A stretch of 25,895 bases of DNA from a virus (taxonomy: Duplodnaviria; Caudoviricetes): the IMG/VR virus record IMGVR_UViG_3300045457_000134, positions 1 to 25,895 of that record, one strand, 5' to 3'. The position numbers and the translations under genes are program-made. Below the pieces are notes generated by a model that was not told the DNA's origin, ran no database searches, and saw nothing but the letters and a program-made list of their open reading frames with translations. Within the stretch, counting starts at the first letter, position 1. Every line of letters starts with the position of its first letter. Positions 18,395 to 25,833 of the stretch are shown in pieces.

Positions 18395-19810
18395 ATGGCT
18401 AATACAATCATTCAAATTAAAAGATCATCTACTACTGCTAAGCCAGTAGATGGTTCTCTATCAGCAGCAGAACTTGCTTATTCCTATAATTCAGAAAAAC
18501 TATTTCTTGGTAATCCAACTGGAACCGGTGTTATTGAAATCGGTGGTGGATACTGGACAAATCTTGCATTATATGCAGCAACTACTGCTAATACAGGAGG
18601 TGGTGCTACTGCTATCGGCGCCGCAGCATTCAATACTGCAAATGCTGCTTTTGGACAAGGTAACACCACACTAAGTTCACTAAACTCTAATTGGGCCGTT
18701 ACCAATGCAGCATATACACAAGGTAACACTACACTTAGTTCACTAAACTCTAATTGGGCAGTTACTAATGCTGCATACACTCAGGCAAACTCAGGTGTAA
18801 CAATTGGAACAGGTGCATTCAATGTTCTAAACGTTGCTTATGCTGCTGCTAACAGTAATGCAGTATCTCTATCAACAAACGTTGCCGCACTAGCAGCAAA
18901 CGTTAATACTCTTGCTGGTGCAGCATATCCTAAGACTGGTGGCACGATTTCAGGTGACGTAACTGTTACTGGTAGTCTAACAGTATCAGGAACCACAACA
19001 TATGTAAATACTCAAACACTACTAGTTGGCGATAATATCGTTACACTAAATGCTGATCTTCCTGGAAACGTTCAGCCAACAGAGAATGCCGGTCTTGAAG
19101 TCAATCGTGGTGCTAGAACATCTAACGCTGCATTTATCTGGAATGAAACAGCAAACTCTTGGCAGTTTACATCAAATACACTTGCTGGTGTATATTCTAT
19201 CGTCGCATCTCAAACAGATGCTAACAACGTTGGTGCTGCTGCCAATAACTATGCAGCAGCCACATATCTAACACAGTCTGCATTTAATACTGCTAATGCT
19301 AACAATATATCTTTGTCAGCAAACGTTGCAGTATTGGCCGCAGCATTTGTTTCAAACAGCCAGTCACTATCGGCAAACGTCAATACACTAGCAGCAGCAT
19401 TTGTATCTAATACTCAGTCACTATCCGCAAACGTAAATACTCTTGCCGCTACTTTTGCTTCCGCAAATGCTAACAACATTTCATTAGCATCTAACGTAGC
19501 AGTATTGGCTGCAGCAGCATCTGATGCAGGATTCATCACATCTGGCACACTAGGAACTGCTAGACTATCTGGTTCATATACTGGTATCACTGGTGTCGGA
19601 ACAATCACAGCAGGTACTTGGAATGGATCAACAGTTAACGTTGCATACGGTGGTACTGGTATCGTATCTGCTACACTAAACGGTGTTCTATTTGGTCGTG
19701 GTGGTAGCGGCGCCCTACAAGTAACATCCGCTGGTACAGAAGGACAAGTATTGCAGGCATCATCGACTGGTGTTCCATCGTTTGCAATGCTTGATGGTGG
19801 TTCGTTCTAA
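18395..19810 (+). CDS. Tail fibre subunit with gp37/Mtd-like N-terminus and C-terminal DGGSF
   Basis: IQIKRSST..KP..GSL..AELAYS....KLF.G N-terminus, Ala/Asn coiled coils, KTGGT.SG..TV.G.LTV.GTTT.VN, V.DN...LN, AG.EV.RG, W.E....W, GT...GTW.G....VAYGGTG and GQVL: all common phage fibre motifs. Confidence 0.8.
   Translation: MANTIIQIKRSSTTAKPVDGSLSAAELAYSYNSEKLFLGNPTGTGVIEIGGGYWTNLALYAATTANTGGGATAIGAAAFNTANAAFGQGNTTLSSLNSNWAVTNAAYTQGNTTLSSLNSNWAVTNAAYTQANSGVTIGTGAFNVLNVAYAAANSNAVSLSTNVAALAANVNTLAGAAYPKTGGTISGDVTVTGSLTVSGTTTYVNTQTLLVGDNIVTLNADLPGNVQPTENAGLEVNRGARTSNAAFIWNETANSWQFTSNTLAGVYSIVASQTDANNVGAAANNYAAATYLTQSAFNTANANNISLSANVAVLAAAFVSNSQSLSANVNTLAAAFVSNTQSLSANVNTLAATFASANANNISLASNVAVLAAAASDAGFITSGTLGTARLSGSYTGITGVGTITAGTWNGSTVNVAYGGTGIVSATLNGVLFGRGGSGALQVTSAGTEGQVLQASSTGVPSFAMLDGGSF
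18656..18781 (+). repeat. 63-nt tandem duplication encoding 2 x QGNTTLSSLNSNWAVTNAAYT
   Basis: Units 18656-18718 and 18719-18781 differ at 7 positions, all synonymous. Confidence 0.92.
19292..19519 (+). repeat. About four copies of an 18-22 aa repeat (SLSANV..LAA.F)
   Basis: ANANNISLSANVAVLAAAF / VSNSQSLSANVNTLAAAF / VSNTQSLSANVNTLAATF / ASANANNISLASNVAVLAAAA. The same module recurs at 21220-21375. Confidence 0.85.
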
Positions 19811-19828
19811 CAGATAGGAACTTATATA

Positions 19829-20467
19829 ATGAGTGACCAAACAACTTTTATAAACACTTATGTTGATACTGTAGTAGAAACTCTTCATAATAATGTGAAT
19901 GAGATTATGCAGTTGAAAACTAGTCTCAAAATCTCAAATAACCTGGTCCAAGAAAAGGACCAGGTTATCAACAATCTTCTTCAAGAAAAAGATCAATCCG
20001 TTAGTGATATCTCCCAACAAAAAGATCATGTTATTGATTCTCTTAATAAAGAGATCGACTCTTTAAGAGAACAAAAAATAAATAGTGAAAATAGCATAAA
20101 TCATCTAAATGATTCTTTAAACAATGCAAAGCGTTGGGAAGAACAGTATCATGCCATGGTAAACAAAGTATCTAATATGGATGCTTTAAGTAATCAGTTC
20201 AATGATCTAAAGACCGAATTTAAAAGCAAAAATGTTGAGTGTGATAATCTCAAGGAAGAGAACGAGCGTTTTAAAGAAGAGATCAAAACACTAACTAAGC
20301 AGATCAAAGAGTATGAAAAGAAATATAAAATTGAAAAACCTATAGCGGAAGCGGTTATAAATAAGAAAGAAACAAAATCTTCCGCAGTAGTTGAAAAGGT
20401 TAAACCGTTAGAACCGTCTAAAGTTATTATGAAAGTGGAAGTCAAAAACGAGAATGACGACTTCTAA
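19829..20467 (+). CDS. Charged coiled-coil hypothetical protein
   Basis: 212 aa, K/E/Q/N-rich heptads with QEKDQ repeats. AGGAA RBS. TAATG overlap with the next gene. Confidence 0.8.
   Translation: MSDQTTFINTYVDTVVETLHNNVNEIMQLKTSLKISNNLVQEKDQVINNLLQEKDQSVSDISQQKDHVIDSLNKEIDSLREQKINSENSINHLNDSLNNAKRWEEQYHAMVNKVSNMDALSNQFNDLKTEFKSKNVECDNLKEENERFKEEIKTLTKQIKEYEKKYKIEKPIAEAVINKKETKSSAVVEKVKPLEPSKVIMKVEVKNENDDF
20356..20363 (+). promoter_or_regulatory. T4-type late promoter consensus TATAAATA inside the coiled-coil gene
   Basis: Exact consensus about 104 nt upstream of ATG 20467. Confidence 0.55.
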
Positions 20468-23031
20468 TGCCCAACACTGTAATTCAATTAAAGAAATCAT
20501 CTACTCCTGGTTCTTCTCCGTCATCAGGTAATCTAGCAAATGGTGAGTTGGCCATCAACTTTGCCGATGGCGTTATCTATTATAAAAATCTAGTCGGACA
20601 AGTTGCACAGTTTATTGCGCCAGGAAGAAACTTTGGCACAGTAAATGCTAACGGCACATTGTTGGTATCTGCCATTGCCGGCGATGTTTTCACAATTCTT
20701 CCAGGACAGAATATTACAGTTACAGGTGATGCTGTTAACGATAGAGTCACCATTGGTGCCGATTTAACTTCTGCTAACGGTTGGGCAAATACTAAACTTT
20801 CTAATGGCACAGTAACACTTGCTGGCGCATTAACCACGACTGGATCTATTTATGCGAATGGTGTTATATATGTTACTCCAGTTGGAGGACAGGAAGGCGG
20901 AGAAATTAAATTACAATCCACTGGTAGCAATACCAACTGGAATATGGACTCTTATCAAAATAATTTTAGACTATTTGCAGAGTCAGGAACCACAGTTTCT
21001 AATGTTAACTTCTTTCATGCTATTGGTGGCGGTAGCATTAGAATGGGTGTTAATAGAGCCGATCCTGGATATACACTAGATGTTAATGGCATTGTCAACG
21101 CTTCTGCTATCTATGTAAATGGGGCTCCAATGTCCAGTGGTAGTATGGATTATCCATACGCCAATTTAGTTGGTTCAAGTGCTAATGCTGCGTCTTCTGC
21201 TAATGATGCTTCTCAAGGTGCTAACATTGCAGTATTGGCAGCATCATTTGTTTCTAACAGTCAATCATTAAGTGCTAATGTCAATACTCTTGCTGCTACA
21301 TTTGCTTCTGCTAATGCTAATAACATTTCTTTGAGTGCTAACGTCAATGTATTGGCTGCTGTTGCTGCCGCTGCACTTGCTAATACTTCTGGCGTTTCAT
21401 TTAACGGAAATCTAAACTTTCCAACAGGTAACGTTGGTATTGGTAATACTGCACCAGACGCAAGACTACACGTAGCAGGCACCACTATTCTTGGTGGTGA
21501 TACTGTTGGTACTATGGATGTTAAATTTTCCAGATTACTAAGCGGTACAAGAGTAATCAATCATTGGTTCTCCCATTCTGCAAATTCTCCATGGTATCTA
21601 TTCGGACAGAATATGACATGGAATGGAGAAAGAACTGGTACAGTTGATCCTACACATGCTCATCGTCCATATTACGAAGCATATGCTCCTGTTGTTGGAT
21701 ATAAGGAGTTTGGTTTTGCTAATGTATCTTCAGGATCAATCGCTTCATCTAATCTAATAGCAAACATGGTTCTTACCAATACTGGTAATGTTGGTATTGG
21801 CACTGCATCACCATCAGCAAAACTTCATGTCTCCGGTGGTTACACTATACTTGCTGATCATAACACACAATCTGTACCAACTGCTGCCTTAGGTGCAACT
21901 GCATTAAGTTGGAATTATTCTGGAGGTAGTGCTGAGATAAACTTCTGGAACCTGTGGACTTCTGCTGTAGGTGGTGGATTCAGATTTTCTCAGAAAACAG
22001 GCACATCAACTTTTAATGATATTTACTGGGCAGCAAATACATCGCATATATGGTATACAACTGGCACTGAGCGTATGCGAATTGACGCTAATGGTAACAT
22101 TGGTATTGGTACAACCACACCATCTGGTCAGTTAACATTAGCCAGTGCTACAGCAAATAGAAACGGCATTCACTTTAGAGCAACTGGTTGGAACTCTATT
22201 GGTCGTCTAGGATTTAATGGTACAAGTGGTGGAGAACTTATTCAGAGTTATAACTGGAACGCAAACGCCGGCACAGTAGATGACTCCTCATATGCCACAT
22301 CATATATCAAGGTTATGTCAGGATACTTGATATTTGGTACTGCAGGAACAAATACGGTTCCATCAGAGCGTATGCGTATTGATTATGATGGTAATGTTGG
22401 TATCGGCACTACCTCACCTGCATATAAACTAGATGTTGCTGGAACTATCAATGCACTATCAACTGCTGGAGATGGTAATGGTATTAGAGTAACCGCTACC
22501 GCCGGATATGATTCTTGGATAAATTTGTATCGTCAAGGATATGTCAACTGGTACTTTGGAACTATTAATAATTCAACTAGATTGGATATCAAAAACGATT
22601 CGTTAACTGCTATGTCGATAGCAGGCAGCACAGGATATGTTGGTATTGGAACCACAACACCTGCATATAAACTTCACGTAAACGGTTCATTTGCTGCTAA
22701 CACCAAGTCGTTCGTTATTGACCATCCAACCAAGCCTGGTATGAAACTACGTTATGGTTCGCTCGAAGGTCCAGAAAACGGTGTGTATGTTCGTGGTAAG
22801 ATCGAAGGTAATGTTATTGAACTGCCAGATTACTGGGAAGGTCTAGTAGACTTAAACACTATTACAGTTCAACTAACAGCAATAGGTCATGCACAAAATC
22901 TATACGTTGCTGCTATTGATGGATTGAAGATTCATATTGATACCGAAAATCACACACAACCTTATTGCTTCTATCATATCTATGGTGAGCGTAAAGATGT
23001 TGAGAAACTAGTGGTGGAGTTTGAAGCGTAA
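20467..23031 (+). CDS. Long tail fibre protein with T4 gp37-like N-terminus, GNVGIGT repeats and C-terminal KSF.IDHP domain
   Basis: IQLKKSS.PG..P....LA.GELAIN.AD..IY.K resembles the T4 gp37 N-terminus. Five G[NY][VI]GIG[TN].xP..L repeats. C-terminal KSFVIDHPTK....LRYGSLEGPE.GVY.RG...IELPDYW..LV...TVQLT...YGERKD. Confidence 0.85.
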   Translation: MPNTVIQLKKSSTPGSSPSSGNLANGELAINFADGVIYYKNLVGQVAQFIAPGRNFGTVNANGTLLVSAIAGDVFTILPGQNITVTGDAVNDRVTIGADLTSANGWANTKLSNGTVTLAGALTTTGSIYANGVIYVTPVGGQEGGEIKLQSTGSNTNWNMDSYQNNFRLFAESGTTVSNVNFFHAIGGGSIRMGVNRADPGYTLDVNGIVNASAIYVNGAPMSSGSMDYPYANLVGSSANAASSANDASQGANIAVLAASFVSNSQSLSANVNTLAATFASANANNISLSANVNVLAAVAAAALANTSGVSFNGNLNFPTGNVGIGNTAPDARLHVAGTTILGGDTVGTMDVKFSRLLSGTRVINHWFSHSANSPWYLFGQNMTWNGERTGTVDPTHAHRPYYEAYAPVVGYKEFGFANVSSGSIASSNLIANMVLTNTGNVGIGTASPSAKLHVSGGYTILADHNTQSVPTAALGATALSWNYSGGSAEINFWNLWTSAVGGGFRFSQKTGTSTFNDIYWAANTSHIWYTTGTERMRIDANGNIGIGTTTPSGQLTLASATANRNGIHFRATGWNSIGRLGFNGTSGGELIQSYNWNANAGTVDDSSYATSYIKVMSGYLIFGTAGTNTVPSERMRIDYDGNVGIGTTSPAYKLDVAGTINALSTAGDGNGIRVTATAGYDSWINLYRQGYVNWYFGTINNSTRLDIKNDSLTAMSIAGSTGYVGIGTTTPAYKLHVNGSFAANTKSFVIDHPTKPGMKLRYGSLEGPENGVYVRGKIEGNVIELPDYWEGLVDLNTITVQLTAIGHAQNLYVAAIDGLKIHIDTENHTQPYCFYHIYGERKDVEKLVVEFEA
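21427..22686 (+). repeat. Five dispersed GNVGIGT.xP..L.V fibre repeats
   Basis: Copies start at 21427, 21784, 22093, 22390 and 22633. Two are preceded by ERMRID (gagcgtatgcg). Confidence 0.85.
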
Positions 23032-23747
23032 TGGGTGTTGGTTATAATCCTTCGATAGTTACGAATAGTTTGTTGGCATATTGGGATGCTGGTAATACGA
23101 AAAGTTATTCTGGTTCAGGAACATCTTGGTTTGACTTAAGTGGAAATAGTAACACAGGTACTCTAGTAGATGGTCCTACGTTTAGTTCTAATTCTTTAGT
23201 TTTTGATGGTACATCCAATCGAATACATGCGCCGGCCAGTTTAAAATGGTCAGCAGATGGATCAATTGGATATGGTCAAATGACTATTAGTTTATGGATC
23301 AAAACAACAGACACAGGAGGTTTGTTTTTTAGTAAGCCTTGGAATGGTAGTGGTCAATACAATATAGGAATTTCTGCCGACACATTTTCTCTCGTCTCTG
23401 GGACTTCTACAACAACATATAACGCAATAGGATTAGGAACTACTTTGTATAGTGGTGTGTGGAAAAATTTAGTTTGCTGGATGGATGGTGTGAACATGGG
23501 ATACTATATTAATGGTATAAATCAATCATCTAAAGCGCATTCATTGACCGGAGCGGCTCCTTCTTCTGGTGATCTGAGTATTTCACTTTGTCTTATGTCA
23601 CTTTATCCGTATAATTCTGGTTGGGCAGGAAACTCAGGATTTTCGATAAACGGTAATATGGCTATATGTAAAGTTTATAACAGAGTTCTTTCATCAACAG
23701 AGATAGCACAAAACTTCAACGCACTCAGAGGAAGGTTTGGTATCTGA
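23031..23747 (+). CDS. LamG/concanavalin A-like lectin domain protein (paralogue 1)
   Basis: P.IVT..L...DAGN.KSY.GSG..W.DLSGN...GTL..GPT, FDG, TISLWIK, W.NLV, YING and G......YNR.LS..EI.QNFNA.RGRFGI. Confidence 0.88.
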   Translation: MGVGYNPSIVTNSLLAYWDAGNTKSYSGSGTSWFDLSGNSNTGTLVDGPTFSSNSLVFDGTSNRIHAPASLKWSADGSIGYGQMTISLWIKTTDTGGLFFSKPWNGSGQYNIGISADTFSLVSGTSTTTYNAIGLGTTLYSGVWKNLVCWMDGVNMGYYINGINQSSKAHSLTGAAPSSGDLSISLCLMSLYPYNSGWAGNSGFSINGNMAICKVYNRVLSSTEIAQNFNALRGRFGI

Positions 23748-23914
23748 TGGATTATCTGACACCTGAACAACAAGAAGAAAGATGTAACATCTGTAAGCAA
23801 TGCGAGAAGTTTTCTTTCAGAGAAAACGGTATAACTTACTGCTCTGAGTCAAATCTTGATATAAACATAACTATAGCAAACAGTGACATTGAGTGTCCAC
23901 TGGAGAAATTTTAA
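23747..23914 (+). CDS. 55 aa Cys-rich protein (DUF6171-like pattern), absent from the ORF track
   Basis: Manual translation: MDYLTPEQQEERCNICKQCEKFSFRENGITYCSESNLDINITIANSDIECPLEKF*. It fills the gap exactly, with a TGATG overlap at the start and TAATG at the end. Confidence 0.85.
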   Translation: MDYLTPEQQEERCNICKQCEKFSFRENGITYCSESNLDINITIANSDIECPLEKF

Positions 23915-25134
23915 TGGGTCTGGCACACTCTCCTAGGATAGTAACTAACGGTCTAGTATTTGCATTTGATGCTGATAATACCAAATCCTACAAAGGCCCT
24001 GCAATTCAGAATATGGCATCTACTATAGTTGCTCAAACATACTCTGGAACAGGTATAGTATTTACACCTAGCACCGAATCAGTTTTTATACCTGGTATTG
24101 GACAAGTAACATCCCCTAAACTAACAGGATATAATAATTACAGTAGTGTTTCTTCTGATTGTTGTCCACAAATTTATTATTATGTAGTAGGAAATGATTA
24201 TGTTAACGTAAGTCCTTCTACAACATATACATATGCAATAGTTTATAAAACTACTTCAGGATATACACATCCAAATTTTATGTATCGTTATGAATACAAT
24301 AGCACCACATATGTTACAGAAGCAGGAGTCCATAACGACTCAAACAGAATACATCTAGGAGATGGTTGGTATTGGGCTTGGGGAACGTTTACAACAAGTG
24401 CAACAACAAATAGAGTCTATCTTAGATGTTTCTATTATAAGTATGGCACGACTAATGATAACATATATGTCGCTAAAGTATTGGTAACACCTGGTACATA
24501 TACAGGACTACATCCATCGAGATGGCCAGATGTTAACACATCTAAATCCGTTACTGATACTTTCATAGATATGACAAACAATACCACATGTTCGGCAGCT
24601 TTACCAGCATATAATTCTAATGGTTCATTTAGTTTTGATGGAACTAATAACTATATTAGATATAATAACTCAACATCATTAGATACTCAAACACCAACAG
24701 TAGAAGTGTGGGTTAAGACTAATGCATTATCTCAGAATGGATTTTGGTTCGAAAAAGGAGCAGTTAATACTCAATATTCTCTGTTCCAAGAAGGAGGTGT
24801 AATTCAGTGGAGGCAATATTTTTCTTCTGGACAAGGTTTAACAAACCTTTCAACCACTACTGCAACATATTTAAATACATCTAATTGGTTTCAAATAGTG
24901 GGAACATTCGTTTCTGGTTCTAGAAAACTTTATATTAATGGTGTTCAAGTCAATTCAGATACACAAGCAGGAACTATCAGTACAAATTCAAGTGGTATAA
25001 CTATTGGAGAATATGGAGGCGGGGGGTATCGTTATAATGGAAATATCGCTATAGTTAGAATATATAACCGTGCATTATCAGCAACAGAAGTCAAACAGAA
25101 CTACAACGCACTACGAGGAAGGTTCGGACTATGA
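23914..25134 (+). CDS. LamG/ConA-like protein with an inserted carbohydrate-binding-like domain (paralogue 2)
   Basis: Start reassigned from GTG 23893 to ATG 23914, based on the TAATG overlap and alignment of MGLAHSPRIVTNGL with its paralogues. C-terminal FDG.N.Y, TVEVWVK, LYING and IYNRALS..EV.QNYNA.RGRFGL. Confidence 0.88.
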   Translation: MGLAHSPRIVTNGLVFAFDADNTKSYKGPAIQNMASTIVAQTYSGTGIVFTPSTESVFIPGIGQVTSPKLTGYNNYSSVSSDCCPQIYYYVVGNDYVNVSPSTTYTYAIVYKTTSGYTHPNFMYRYEYNSTTYVTEAGVHNDSNRIHLGDGWYWAWGTFTTSATTNRVYLRCFYYKYGTTNDNIYVAKVLVTPGTYTGLHPSRWPDVNTSKSVTDTFIDMTNNTTCSAALPAYNSNGSFSFDGTNNYIRYNNSTSLDTQTPTVEVWVKTNALSQNGFWFEKGAVNTQYSLFQEGGVIQWRQYFSSGQGLTNLSTTTATYLNTSNWFQIVGTFVSGSRKLYINGVQVNSDTQAGTISTNSSGITIGEYGGGGYRYNGNIAIVRIYNRALSATEVKQNYNALRGRFGL

Positions 25135-25808
25135 GTGTGTATGCTGGTCCTGAAATAGTAAACGGCGGACTAGTGTTATCTCTTGATGCTGGTAACACTC
25201 GTAGTTACCCTGGTAGCGGAACAACATGGTCAGATTTAAGTGGCAATGGTAATAATGGAACGTTAACCAATGGACCAACATTTAGCAACAATGCCATAAC
25301 TTTTGACGGTGTTAATGATTTTGTTAATGGACCTGCTATATCAAACCAATTTACCGGAGACATGACCGCTGAAGCATGGATAAGAGTAACTACAAGAGCA
25401 GCAGATTGGGTTAGAATAGTAGGCACAGGAACTAATGCTGGTGGTGTTGGTAATAGAACTTTTGGTCTATGGCACGATTCTTCAGGAAAAATTTTATGGC
25501 AAAGATATGGAGGGAATGATCCTGGTATTTATCCTACAACACCTATATTAGAGTTAAACACTTGGTATCAGGTAACGGCCACGACTTCAGGTTCTTCTCA
25601 TGTATTATATCTGAATGCAGCATCTATAGGGTCAGCAACAGCAGCAGGACCCTGGACAGCATCAGGCGATAATGTTACTATAGCATACGCAGGATATCAC
25701 ACGTATCATAATGGAAATATTTCAAATGTGAAACTCTACAATCGTGCCCTATCAGCAGCAGAAGTTAGACAAAACTTTAATGCATTGCGTGGAAGATTTA
25801 ACATATAA
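25131..25808 (+). CDS. LamG/ConA-like lectin domain protein (paralogue 3)
   Basis: Same N- and C-terminal motifs as paralogue 1 (DAGNTRSYPGSGTTW.DLSGN; YNRALS..EV.QNFNALRGRFNI). ATGA overlap. Confidence 0.88.
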   Translation: MSVYAGPEIVNGGLVLSLDAGNTRSYPGSGTTWSDLSGNGNNGTLTNGPTFSNNAITFDGVNDFVNGPAISNQFTGDMTAEAWIRVTTRAADWVRIVGTGTNAGGVGNRTFGLWHDSSGKILWQRYGGNDPGIYPTTPILELNTWYQVTATTSGSSHVLYLNAASIGSATAAGPWTASGDNVTIAYAGYHTYHNGNISNVKLYNRALSAAEVRQNFNALRGRFNI

Positions 25809-25811
25809 ATA
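25804..25811 (+). promoter_or_regulatory. T4-type late promoter TATAAATA
   Basis: Exact consensus overlapping the stop codon of paralogue 3, followed by an AGGAA RBS and ATG 25834. Confidence 0.75.
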
Positions 25812-25833
25812 CTATCAAAAGAGATAGGAACAA

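Noticed and set aside
15716-19519. Repeats as a CRISPR array or non-coding repeat element
   Set aside because: They are in frame, vary at third codon positions and lack a repeat-spacer structure, so they are protein-level repeats.
23893-23913. GTG start at 23893 for LamG paralogue 2
   Set aside because: ATG 23914 overlaps the stop of the small Cys-rich gene and aligns with the paralogue N-termini.
432-25426. Short alternative-frame and minus-strand ORFs in the track (e.g. 10498-10893, 18484-18780, 21261-21560)
   Set aside because: All overlap long, well-supported plus-strand genes and lack recognisable motifs. They are shadows of biased codon usage.
23680-25808. Diversity-generating retroelement suggested by similar 3' ends of the lectin genes and Mtd-like N-termini
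   Set aside because: Differences are mostly synonymous and not adenine-specific. No near-identical template repeat or reverse transcriptase is present in the window.
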